DNA of 64,000 bases from a virus. The notes below the pieces were generated by a model. It worked only from the letters and a program-made list of their open reading frames with translations. It was not told where the DNA came from and did not search any database. The stretch lies in the IMG/VR virus record IMGVR_UViG_3300025133_000024; one strand, given 5' to 3'. Positions 54,537 to 63,994 of the stretch are shown here, piece after piece. The translations under genes were made by a program, and so were the position numbers. Position 1 is the first letter of the stretch; every line of letters begins with the position of its first letter.

Positions 54537-55331
54537 TTATATCCAAGCAATAAAGTTTTGTTTATTAATTCCTGACCAATCTCTTTGCCACACTTTCTTA
54601 GCCCCTGGCGTTATTGTTGCAAACATTTCATTAACACCACCCGATGTTAAGAATATACCATCTATTTCAATATTCGTAGATGAAGAGATTTTCTGTAATA
54701 TTTTTTGTGTATTTAAATATCGTAAAAATCGTGCATATGCCTTTTGAGCAAGACCTTGACCGCGAAATGAAACGTCTAAACCTTTTGGCATATGTGTAGT
54801 CATGAATCCAAAATTTTCCCAACCTTTTTGTTGAGCGATGTTGTACATTTCTTGTAAAGCACTAATTCTAAGGCCAAAATGAATTGAGAATTCATCTTGT
54901 GAACTACTTATTTCTTTTTTTCTATAAGAAACAGGAGTCACTATTTGCCCGGTTGCTGTTATTGTTGATATAATGTTTTCTTGAAACATTATTTTAATGT
55001 TCCCCAAAATATAATCACCATCATCTTCCGAATGTATTTTAATTGATGGTACAAAATTAAAATATTTCTTTTCTTTTGAGAAATCTCGACCAGAAAATTC
55101 AGCAGGGGATGGCTCTTGTTCCTGGTAAGCATGTTTAATCTTAAACTTGTTTTTCTGCGAATATTTATTTTCACCTGAAGAGGGGAGAGGGTTTGTTGAG
55201 TGACGTGTTAAAGAGGCATGGTACCCTCCCTCAGTTTCGTCTTCGTCTTCTATATCGAAATCAAAACTTAAATCACCCCAATCCATCTCTTTCAAAATTT
55301 CTTCTTTTATGAGACGTTTAATATTAAACAT
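54537..55331 (-). CDS. Putative head-packaged GNAT-like acetyltransferase
   Basis: Start re-placed at MFNIKRLIKEEI; acetyl-CoA motif FRGQGLAQKAY and TPGAKKVW. Confidence 0.55.
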   Translation of the reverse strand: MFNIKRLIKEEILKEMDWGDLSFDFDIEDEDETEGGYHASLTRHSTNPLPSSGENKYSQKNKFKIKHAYQEQEPSPAEFSGRDFSKEKKYFNFVPSIKIHSEDDGDYILGNIKIMFQENIISTITATGQIVTPVSYRKKEISSSQDEFSIHFGLRISALQEMYNIAQQKGWENFGFMTTHMPKGLDVSFRGQGLAQKAYARFLRYLNTQKILQKISSSTNIEIDGIFLTSGGVNEMFATITPGAKKVWQRDWSGINKQNFIAWI

Positions 55332-55845
55332 TAAACAAACCTTTTCTTGCTTTGATGCATTTTGCAGATATTTCAAATTTATGCTCGACCTGTCCGAATA
55401 ATTGTCTCGGTTCATTCAAGGTAACAATCTCGTAATAAAACTCACCATACTTAACAAAATCACCTTCTCTAACATATAAATTTTGGTCTTCTGTTAACCT
55501 TCTTTTATGAAAATTGACAATAATTGATGAACGCTTATCAACACCATACCTCTCTGTTTGAGTATTTTGACCTTCCCATGTCACCATCGCATGAACCTGA
55601 ATAGGAGGCAAAAAATTCTTTTGTATGGCTTCTCCATATAAAGAATGATAGTCCGTTATATTATCATCAATTGCAAAATATAATATCTGTTGACCAATGA
55701 CCCTCTCCAGAAGCTCATCGTTTAACTGCTTTGCGAGGTCTCTCTCTTTCTTTCCAAGAAACATTGGTGGTGGGGGTGCTGGTTCTCTATTCCAACGATT
55801 GTCGTGGCTCATAGGATGAATTATTTTCCTTTTTCTTGTTGGCAA
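55324..55845 (-). CDS. Head completion / neck protein (gp14-like, putative)
   Basis: ELLERVIGQ.I.YF, LYGEA, FH.RRL, REGDFV.Y...YEI. Confidence 0.6.
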   Translation of the reverse strand: MPTRKRKIIHPMSHDNRWNREPAPPPPMFLGKKERDLAKQLNDELLERVIGQQILYFAIDDNITDYHSLYGEAIQKNFLPPIQVHAMVTWEGQNTQTERYGVDKRSSIIVNFHKRRLTEDQNLYVREGDFVKYGEFYYEIVTLNEPRQLFGQVEHKFEISAKCIKARKGLFNV

Positions 55846-55958
55846 AAATAAAACTCTTTAAAATCTTCTCCTAACATATTAAAAAGATTTTGCAAAGAAT
55901 TGACTTCTTGAACCCGAACAACCTCTTTTCAACCTCTTCTTTTATGATTTGTTTAAAA

Positions 55959-57266
55959 TTATCTATCAAAAAAGACAAAACTTAAACCTCCTGGAGAATC
56001 ATCATTTTCATATACTGCAATGTTATAAGCATGAAGGTCATGTGGATTATATCCTTTTTGAAATAACTCCAATAGTTCGTTTGCAAAAGTGAATATTTGA
56101 GGCCGTGTTAGAACAGGAACAGTTGTATATTCATAGTCTTCCAAGCTATCTTGTCCCTCTGGTGTCTCTATAGCTGTCTTTATATCAATATTATTGTGAT
56201 GTGCAATCCATGAAATAAGATATGCAAAATTAATATCTGGCTTTAAGCGTTTTTGCATATCTGCTAAAGTAGCTTCCTTATAGGGATGGTCTAAATATCG
56301 TGGTTCATGATGAAGTTTTGCAAAATATTCAATCATTATTTCTGGAAGAAATGACATGCGAACATAAAAAACTTCACCTCTTATAACCTCCCCATAATCA
56401 ATAATGTTTGGATTACCAGTTGAACCCTCACCAGAAAAAGCATCTGATTTGATTTTTTTTGCATCTTCTAAATCATCACCATAAAAATGAGCAATCTTTA
56501 AAACTGTATGGTCATCTAAGAGAAAAATAAAACCATGTGTCCCTCTACCAACTTTTTTCACTATTCTATTTGTTTTCAATGGTTTTATTCTATTAAGGTC
56601 CGACATAGTTAAACCAATCGCGGAACACCATTTTGCGAAGGTGCTCTGTTTGTTTGTCGCGGATTTTTTTCTCAAGAATTTGATGTTGTGTCGTAGGTTT
56701 TGCGCTGTTTGGTGCCTTCGTCGAGCCAGTCCTCGACGTCGAGATTCAATAAGGAGCTTGATTTCTTCTTTTATAATTTGTTTTATCCGAGAGAATGATT
56801 TTCTTTCTTGCAAAACATTTAATATATCCACACCTTTATATTTTTCAAGGCCGGGGATTTTTCCCATTATCATGTCAAACCAAAACAATATGTTCTTAAA
56901 GGTTAACAGCGTCATTCCTTTTTTTCTTATTTGACCAATAATATCAAACAAAACAGATAAAGAAAAGAAGAAGTTTTTAAACTTGATTGCTGAATCATCG
57001 GGGAGAGTGCAATCTTCTTCTTTTTTTCTAAGTTTTCTTTTTTCTGTCTTGATTATCTCCTCTGGAAGACTGTCTGGAGACAACCATTGCTTCACATAAT
57101 TAATTGATTTTGACATCTCTGAATAATTTTTGACATCATCAATGAAATCCTGTTCTAACATACTTTCAAATTTAGGTAAAACTAACTCAACACCCCTTTT
57201 TATGGCAATAAGCTTTTCTTCTTCTGAAAGAGATTTTACTTTTTTATCTAAATCATCTGTAAACAT
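55959..57266 (-). CDS. Putative head-packaged protein with C-terminal protein-kinase-like domain
   Basis: Internal IKQIIKEEI; VGRGTHG Gly loop, VLK, HDLHAYN catalytic loop, terminal FFD. Confidence 0.7.
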   Translation of the reverse strand: MFTDDLDKKVKSLSEEEKLIAIKRGVELVLPKFESMLEQDFIDDVKNYSEMSKSINYVKQWLSPDSLPEEIIKTEKRKLRKKEEDCTLPDDSAIKFKNFFFSLSVLFDIIGQIRKKGMTLLTFKNILFWFDMIMGKIPGLEKYKGVDILNVLQERKSFSRIKQIIKEEIKLLIESRRRGLARRRHQTAQNLRHNIKFLRKKSATNKQSTFAKWCSAIGLTMSDLNRIKPLKTNRIVKKVGRGTHGFIFLLDDHTVLKIAHFYGDDLEDAKKIKSDAFSGEGSTGNPNIIDYGEVIRGEVFYVRMSFLPEIMIEYFAKLHHEPRYLDHPYKEATLADMQKRLKPDINFAYLISWIAHHNNIDIKTAIETPEGQDSLEDYEYTTVPVLTRPQIFTFANELLELFQKGYNPHDLHAYNIAVYENDDSPGGLSFVFFDR

Positions 57267-57269
57267 GTT

Positions 57270-57470
57270 TTATCCCATTGTCATATGCATTGGCATTTTT
57301 GTTAAGGCTTGATTTATATGTTCCGCCTCTTGTGCCTGAATCTCAGCGATTTTTGCATATGTTAATTCATCCAAGATTGTCTTAAGTTCTTCTTTTAACT
57401 TTTGCTGTTCTTCTTTTTTTTCTCTTTCTGAAAGAACTTCAATTTTTTTATTTAAGTCTTCTGAAAACAT
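57270..57470 (-). CDS. Chimeric mini-ORF (duplicated neck C-terminus)
   Basis: MFSEDLNKK (like MFTDDLDKK of downstream gene) fused to the last 49 aa of the neck protein. Confidence 0.5.
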   Translation of the reverse strand: MFSEDLNKKIEVLSEREKKEEQQKLKEELKTILDELTYAKIAEIQAQEAEHINQALTKMPMHMTMG

Positions 57471-57480
57471 AAATTATTTC

Positions 57481-57984
57481 CTATTGAAAATATCGCTCTA
57501 ATTCCATTTTTTCGGATGGTAAAATTCTATTGGCCGATTGTTTAATCAATAATTCCCCAATCCGAGGAATATCTTTGTATTTAACTTTTTCAAGGGAAAT
57601 ATATTTATAAAATTTTCTATCTTTTATTATAGTCTCTATAATATCTTTGTATCGTTGGTCAAGACCCATTGCCCATCTTTCTATTATTGATGTATCTTCT
57701 AAAAGACTACTAATAAACCAATTTAAAGCCTCAATTTTTTCTTCATTATCTAGATAGATAGAGACTTTTTTTATTAATGCTTTTTTTGCATTTACAATCA
57801 TATTGTTTAAAACAGATTCATCTTCTGGTATTTGCTGACCTTTTCTTTTAAGATAATTCGAAATTATTCTTTTCAACTCTTGTCGGAATTCTTCTGAATT
57901 AAAATATAAAGAAGGGTTTTTGAATACAGGATTTAAGTGAAACCTTGAGCCTTCGTTGAGCGTTTTTTTAATTTTTATTTTCAT
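57481..57984 (-). CDS. Hypothetical, putative head-packaged protein
   Basis: MKIKIKKTLNE leader; lies between the direct repeats. Confidence 0.55.
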   Translation of the reverse strand: MKIKIKKTLNEGSRFHLNPVFKNPSLYFNSEEFRQELKRIISNYLKRKGQQIPEDESVLNNMIVNAKKALIKKVSIYLDNEEKIEALNWFISSLLEDTSIIERWAMGLDQRYKDIIETIIKDRKFYKYISLEKVKYKDIPRIGELLIKQSANRILPSEKMELERYFQ

Positions 57985-58019
57985 AATTCATCCTGTTATC
58001 ATATTGATAAACACATTGC

Positions 58020-59312
58020 TTATCCCATTGTCATATACATTGGCATTTTTGTTAAGGCTTGATTTATATGTTCCGCCTCTTGTGCCTGAATCTCAGCGAT
58101 TTTTGCATATGTTAATTCATCAAGAATTGTTTTCAATTCTTCTTTAAGTTTTTGCTGCTCTTCTTTTCCTTGCGAAGCCAACTCACCATGATTTAATGTC
58201 ACAGATTCTCCAGGAATTGGCAAAGTTTGGAACTTTCCTCTATTCTGAGAAAGAATGATTTTACAAGTTGCTAAACAATATCTCCTAATCCAATGCTTAC
58301 CCATCGAATTTATACTATTATAAGAAATGTTAGCAAATGGCAGTGTATTCACATTATTTATTCCATCAACACCCTGAGAAAAACCCTCACTCTCCTCCCA
58401 AGGATTCTCATCAACAATAAACTCAACCCACAACTTAGTGAAACTTCTATCTGGAACCGGAAAAACCCTTATTTTATTATTCTCTATTTTATAAGAATAA
58501 TGAGAGATTCTTGTTCTTATCGCATCTTCAAATGCAGCAGCCTGAGCCTTGTTTTGCCAAACAGGAATAAGTTGCCATGTTGAGTCATCAGCATATTGAC
58601 CATATGTTGATAAATTGCCAATAGATGATAATCCACCATAATAACCATAAAATCTCCAAACTGCTCTCGGAGATAAATAATATACTTTTTTCACTCTTAT
58701 TTTCTTGTTCTTTATTTTTCCTGAATATAGCTCACCTGAAGACAAAGACGATGTATACAGCAATGCTTGCAAATCATAACTTTGTTTGCCACCTTGTAGA
58801 GCTATAGACCCTGAATATAAAGTCTCATTTCCTCCAATTCCAACTTGAGTCCCAACACCATCTGCATATCTATTAACATATCCAAATTGCATTTTGGGAA
58901 ACTTTAAAGCAACATTTGAACCTGACAATGTACCTGATAATACACTACCAGAAAGATATTGTCCTTGATGGTCGAATGAACCTGTTTCTTTTCCTAACAA
59001 AGTTGGCAGAACTGACTTGGCTTGATGCAAGTTTACAATATATGAGTATTCCAAACATGAATCTTCATATGCTGAATATACATCCTCAGGCGTTAATTCA
59101 ATATCCAAGACTGCTCCACCCAACATTCTGTAAGTGAACGCAACTTGACCAACTGCACCGGAAATGAATTCGTTTTTTTCTGCAAGGGGAACTGAGGAAT
59201 TGACGTAGGTTCCGTAAGGTAAGACACTCTCTGTAACACCGGTATATGAACCAGTAGATGTTAAAACAATTCGACTTGTGACTGTTACAGGAGTTAAAGA
59301 TGGAAGGGCCAT
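58020..59312 (-). CDS. Neck / head-tail adaptor protein (gp13-like)
   Basis: LGG.VLDIELT, WIRRY..A..K..L...RGKF..LP.PG..V.LN..EL. Confidence 0.75.
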   Translation of the reverse strand: MALPSLTPVTVTSRIVLTSTGSYTGVTESVLPYGTYVNSSVPLAEKNEFISGAVGQVAFTYRMLGGAVLDIELTPEDVYSAYEDSCLEYSYIVNLHQAKSVLPTLLGKETGSFDHQGQYLSGSVLSGTLSGSNVALKFPKMQFGYVNRYADGVGTQVGIGGNETLYSGSIALQGGKQSYDLQALLYTSSLSSGELYSGKIKNKKIRVKKVYYLSPRAVWRFYGYYGGLSSIGNLSTYGQYADDSTWQLIPVWQNKAQAAAFEDAIRTRISHYSYKIENNKIRVFPVPDRSFTKLWVEFIVDENPWEESEGFSQGVDGINNVNTLPFANISYNSINSMGKHWIRRYCLATCKIILSQNRGKFQTLPIPGESVTLNHGELASQGKEEQQKLKEELKTILDELTYAKIAEIQAQEAEHINQALTKMPMYMTMG

Positions 59313-59340
59313 TCACTGTTTCCTCAATAGCAATTTACAA

Positions 59341-59350
59341 GTAAATAGTT
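59341..59350 (-). promoter_or_regulatory. Putative late promoter motif
   Basis: AACTATTTAC about 29 nt upstream of neck start. Confidence 0.5.
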
Positions 59351-59397
59351 ACTGAGAAAGGAAGGCTATTTGTGGGACACTTTATGAGGAATTTTTC

Positions 59398-59625
59398 TTA
59401 TTTTTTTTGCTCTTCGTATTTCATGAATTCATAAATGGAAGTATAACAATCAACGTTATATGAAAATCTTATGACATTCATTGTTTTGAAGTCAAAGACC
59501 TTATACAACCATTTGCTTTTCTTTTTATCTTTTGTGTTGATATTGTCTAGGACCATATAAGTCCTTGTTTCATCATGTGATAAAAAAACATCACCTGCTT
59601 TCATTTTGTTCTTCTTTTTATTCAT
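59398..59625 (-). CDS. Small paralog-family protein
   Basis: MKAGDVFLS, YMVL, ends FMKYEEQKK. Confidence 0.65.
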   Translation of the reverse strand: MNKKKNKMKAGDVFLSHDETRTYMVLDNINTKDKKKSKWLYKVFDFKTMNVIRFSYNVDCYTSIYEFMKYEEQKK

Positions 59626-61039
59626 TGAATTCTAACTCATATACCTTTGAACCACAGCCATAAATCTTATACACACCATCATCCTCAGCAACTTGTTTTT
59701 CTGATTTTCCTGGTTGAGCTTTAAATTTTGTTCTAGAAAATCTTTGCTTCCAATCTGTGTACCAATAATCTAAGACCGTATCTCTTTTAAATTTAAATCC
59801 AGTTTCTTCATATCCTTTGCCAACACCAAATCTCATGTCAACATATGTCATTATACCAGAAAACCCATTATCTTTCGAGTACTTTTTTGCCTTTTTTAAA
59901 AGCTTGCTCAATCCCCCAACAACATTTGTATTAAGTTCACAAGCGTATCTAGAAATCTCAATTTTGTTGTTTTTGTTTTGCATGGGAACTCTTAGTGACA
60001 AACAAGCCACTAATAAATTATCATGATATAAACCATAGCATACTCTCGCACCAGTATCTCCACTAATATGAGTTTTGTTAAAAAAGTTTCTTCTTTCTTC
60101 TACAGAAACTTCCTTAATGATGCATCTTCTTGCGTAAATTTTATTTGGAGACTTATGTAATCTGTGAAGCAGCATAGATTTAATTATTTCTTGTTTGTTT
60201 TTCCATTCATCAGAAAATACATGAAACAGTTGAATATTTTTTTCTGAACATAAATCTGTTTTTTGACGATGAGCGGATTTAGAAAGATATTCCTCTGTGT
60301 GCCAATATAAACCATTATATTCAATAGCAAAATTATTTTCGGGAAAATAAAAATCCAGTTCTTTTGGATTAATAATTTTTTGAGTGTTATATTCAAATTC
60401 TATATTATTTTCCAAAAGAAAATCCTTGATTTCTTCTTGTTGTAAAGAGTTTTTGGGAATTGGAAAACAATATCTACATCGACTTCCTCTTTCTAAAGCC
60501 ATTAAAGTCTTGAAATTACCTTTATTACATTTTTTACAAACAAGTTCTAATTTTTGTTTTTGTCTAGAAAAATAATCGTCATATGTTGTTTGAACAACAA
60601 AACTCTCTTCCAAGGTCGAAACCCTTTCGTTAAACTCATTTTCCGTTAATAATGCATAACTTTTCATTTTCTGAATGGAATCTTGAGTGTGTTTTTTCCC
60701 ATAGAAAGGATTCCCTTCACCAGAGTACATTTCGGAGTATTTTTGTAACCTTTCGTCTGTTTCCTTGGTTTTTCCCTTATTCCAGGGTACATCACCAGGT
60801 TTAAATTTGTTACGCCCCTCAGCAGAACCTAAATTTGCATGTTTTTTACAATACTTTTTAAATGTAAAAGAAACATATCTGGTTTCATCACCACACTCAG
60901 AACACAAAGGTCTTTCACCATTATATAAATGTTTTATCGTATACTCTTGTGTTTTTAACCCATGTTTCATTTGTAAATGGGAAGCAAATCCCCTAGCTTT
61001 AACAAAAATCTCATCACAAATCACACATTGAAAACTCAT
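59618..61039 (-). mobile_element. Free-standing homing-endonuclease-like gene (Zn finger, NUMOD-like, nuclease core, Hef/Mom-like C-terminus)
   Basis: C2H2 CVIC..H..H, PWNKG, NPFYGKKHT, ELDFY.PE..FAIEYNG.YWH, KIYAR.C, Y.D.RFG.G..Y. Confidence 0.75.
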
Positions 61040-61094
61040 TTTAAACTCTTTTATACCAAAATATCACGTCCTTGCGTTATTGCAAGGTATATAA

Positions 61095-61123
61095 ACCATA
61101 GCATGATTCTCACAAGATGTCAA
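61095..61123 (-). promoter_or_regulatory. Sigma70-type promoter for the endonuclease gene
   Basis: TTGACA, 17 bp, TGcTATGGT. Confidence 0.65.
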
Positions 61124-61135
61124 GAGATATTAAAT

Positions 61136-61172
61136 AAAAAAAACCCCACAAAAACAAAGTCTTGTGGGGTTT
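61136..61172 (-). terminator. Rho-independent terminator after major capsid gene
   Basis: AAACCCCACAA / TTGTGGGGTTT stem followed by a T run. Confidence 0.85.
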
Positions 61173-61213
61173 AATCAATTACTTTAAAATGTAATTAAAT
61201 TATAACACTATTA

Positions 61214-62980
61214 TTAAGTGCCGCTCTCACCAAGCATTCCACGAACAACGACCAAACCATAATGGTCAGGCTTAACCATTTTTCTAGAATATCTCGTCAT
61301 TACCCCTCGTCTTGGCGTGAAATCCTCGGGCCCAAAGATTACCGGTGTGACTTGTAGGGGCACATAAGGAGCATAAACATATCCTGATTCGAGGAATGAG
61401 GAGCCTTTGCGTCCAACAAGGATTAGGTTGCGAGGGAAATAGGGGTCAACCCAGATGTCCCATTTTTTGGAAATACTTCCTGCTTTATAGGCACCAGCAG
61501 TACCTTTATCTGCATCAGAAGAAATGGTGGCTTTAAAGCCGTTTGTCATTTCTAGAATGGCAGCAGTTTCAGGTCCGAGAACAAGGAAGTTTGCTCCACC
61601 TCGAAGGGTTTTGCGGTGAATGACGGCTGAAAGGTCATTTACGGTTTCAATAAGGGTTTCATACCATTCTGAAACATTTCCGGTGAAGTCAGGAGCTTTG
61701 GTATTTGCACCAATTTCAAGACCAGTTTCTCGGTTGAGGAACATACCGGGTGAACGTGCCCAGTAATAAGTTCCAGCAGTTGCACCGTTAATGAGGTCAA
61801 CGATGATTTCGCGGTCAATCTCAAGAGCAATTTCTTCGGAAAGAATCTGAGTGAGTTCGACTTCAGCATCAAGGTTGTGATAAGCAGAAAGGTCTTGACC
61901 CAATTCGGGAGTCCATTTTGCTTTTAGCTTTTTGGTCTGAGCAGTAACCGCAATTGAATCAACCTTGATGTCGATTTCGGGAATACCAGCATCAGCCTCA
62001 AGACCCCAATTATCTTGACCAGCGACAGAACCAAGAGCACCACCAGCTTGGAAGTTATCAACAATTGGGAAAGTGAAGTTTGGCATTGGACCTTGAGCAC
62101 CTGATAGTTGTGTAGGTGTTCGTGAACCGTCAAAAGAGACATTAAACAAGAGAACTTCGGTTTTAGCAGAACCAGAGTAATCAGTTAGTCTTCGAACTTG
62201 AAGGTCATCAGTTGCAGCCCATTTTCCATGACCATCTGAGGATGATACCATGATAGAAATAAGGTTTTCATCACTGAAGAATGAAGAACCTGAAATATCA
62301 AAGTCAGAAAGGGTTCCTTTTGCAACAGCAACGTTTGTGGTTCCAGAGACAAATTCAGGGTCAAACTTACAAAGTTTCATAAGTTCTTCTGAGAAGGTTC
62401 CACCAGTGTCACCATTAACTTGTCCACCATAAGTTCCAGAAAGAACAGTGGTTAGGTTAATGTTACCTGAGCCAGTGGGGGATGAATAACCTTGGTTAAG
62501 GTGATAAAATCCTTTCTCAGCAAATGAACCAGTAAGTTTAACACCACCGGTAATTTGAGACCCAACAACGCCACCACCATAAATGGATTTATTAACGTCT
62601 GCATATAGACGAGAAGTGGTTTCTGATGCAAACTTAAAATCTAGGAAGAAGATAAGTCCTGAGGGTAAACTCATGGGTTGAACAGACACAAGGTCATTAG
62701 CAATAAGACCACCAAAAACACGTCGAACAATGGGGAATGCAACAGAAGCAAAACCTTCTACATCACCACCTCCAGCACGAGCCATGAGTGAACTTTCTTT
62801 TAGTAACTGTTTTGTTTGGTTTTCGAGTAAGACAGATACATTCTGTCGTGTAACTTCATTATCGAGACCTTCTAGAAGACCAGTTTTCTGCCACTTATCA
62901 GCAAGGGCAGAGTTTTCTTGAGAGAGGTCACGAAAATGAATATTTTTTCCTAATTTTTCTAATACGGACATTTTATTCAT
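61214..62980 (-). CDS. Major capsid protein (T4 gp23-like)
   Basis: KW..TGLLEGL, LENQ, FPIVRRVFG, VQPMSLPSGL, KLKAKWT.E..QDL, EIDREI, YAPYVPL, GVMTRY. Confidence 0.96.
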   Translation of the reverse strand: MNKMSVLEKLGKNIHFRDLSQENSALADKWQKTGLLEGLDNEVTRQNVSVLLENQTKQLLKESSLMARAGGGDVEGFASVAFPIVRRVFGGLIANDLVSVQPMSLPSGLIFFLDFKFASETTSRLYADVNKSIYGGGVVGSQITGGVKLTGSFAEKGFYHLNQGYSSPTGSGNINLTTVLSGTYGGQVNGDTGGTFSEELMKLCKFDPEFVSGTTNVAVAKGTLSDFDISGSSFFSDENLISIMVSSSDGHGKWAATDDLQVRRLTDYSGSAKTEVLLFNVSFDGSRTPTQLSGAQGPMPNFTFPIVDNFQAGGALGSVAGQDNWGLEADAGIPEIDIKVDSIAVTAQTKKLKAKWTPELGQDLSAYHNLDAEVELTQILSEEIALEIDREIIVDLINGATAGTYYWARSPGMFLNRETGLEIGANTKAPDFTGNVSEWYETLIETVNDLSAVIHRKTLRGGANFLVLGPETAAILEMTNGFKATISSDADKGTAGAYKAGSISKKWDIWVDPYFPRNLILVGRKGSSFLESGYVYAPYVPLQVTPVIFGPEDFTPRRGVMTRYSRKMVKPDHYGLVVVRGMLGESGT

Positions 62981-62989
62981 TTTCTCCTT

Positions 62990-63994
62990 TTATAAAATTC
63001 CTGCTAATTTCTTCCATCGATGCTTTTTATTTTCAACGATGGCATCTTCGGTTTCTTGAGAATTTGCAGTCAAGACTGAATTGTTTTTTCCTGAAACAGC
63101 TTCAAGCAATGATTTTGGTGATTTTGTGTTAGATTTTAAATCGCCCATTGTTTGTTTAAGAGTTTCATATACAATTTTTGCTTGTTCGACAGATGTTGAC
63201 TCAGTGATTTGTTTAATCATTGACTTTTTCTGTCGCTCATTCAAGGAGGATGCTCCCAAGACTTTGTTTGTGTAAAGCAACTTAGCATTTGTGGTGTTAA
63301 CTTGATTTACATATTCTTTTAAATTTTGTACAATATCTTTCAATTTTGCATTTTGTTTCCTAAAAAGGCTTTGCCTTCCTTTTAGGATTTTAATTTGTTC
63401 TTCAAGGTTTTCTACTTCTTCTTCTAAACCTTGGACTTGTTTTGCTTTCGCAACTTCATCAACATGTTCCAATTCTTTACTAGTTGGCGCACCAAGATGA
63501 CCATGAGAAACAATGTTGTAAGGGAAGTTTAACTCTTCATCCAAATCTTCCATTTCCATTAAAGGAGCAGAAGACATCGGAGCAGATTCAGTATCATTTG
63601 TAATGCTAATTGGGATTGTTGCTTCTGCTTCAAGAGGAGCTTGACGTTGATTCATCATCTCCCCTTCGATTTCTTGTTTCAATTCATCAAAATTTATTGT
63701 AATTTCTTCATCATCTCTTTCAAGAGAATTAAATTCATCTGTGTTGACCAATGGTATTTGAGACTGCAATTCTGAAGAAACTTCACCCTCAGGCTCTTCC
63801 ATTCCTAAATCAGTTGGAGCACCAGCCATTTCAGGGTCCATTTCGTCTTCAAAACCAAGTGAATCTTCTTGCTCAAGCAATTCATTAATTGTGCTCTTTA
63901 ATTCTTTAGAATATTTTTCAATAATTGTTTGTTCAGCAAGTTGTTTTGCAGAATTTTTTAATTCATCTGCGTCAATAATTGCCTGTTCTAACAT
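62990..63994 (-). CDS. Prohead core / scaffold protein
   Basis: Acidic coiled coil immediately upstream of MCP; NAKLLYTN, LNE.QK, ends RWKKLAGIL. Confidence 0.8.
   Translation of the reverse strand: MLEQAIIDADELKNSAKQLAEQTIIEKYSKELKSTINELLEQEDSLGFEDEMDPEMAGAPTDLGMEEPEGEVSSELQSQIPLVNTDEFNSLERDDEEITINFDELKQEIEGEMMNQRQAPLEAEATIPISITNDTESAPMSSAPLMEMEDLDEELNFPYNIVSHGHLGAPTSKELEHVDEVAKAKQVQGLEEEVENLEEQIKILKGRQSLFRKQNAKLKDIVQNLKEYVNQVNTTNAKLLYTNKVLGASSLNERQKKSMIKQITESTSVEQAKIVYETLKQTMGDLKSNTKSPKSLLEAVSGKNNSVLTANSQETEDAIVENKKHRWKKLAGIL

Larger units (their letters stand above)
57270..58167. repeat. 148-bp direct repeat (57270-57417 and 58020-58167)
   Basis: 102 bp with 1 mismatch, then 46 bp with 10 synonymous differences. 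Confidence 0.9.

Noticed and set aside
943-59625. Mini-gene family as a diversity-generating retroelement
   Set aside because: No reverse transcriptase and no template/variable repeat pair differing at adenines is seen in the window.
655-63275. All plus-strand ORFs in the track
   Set aside because: They are antisense shadows of well-supported minus-strand genes, with no motifs or RBS context.
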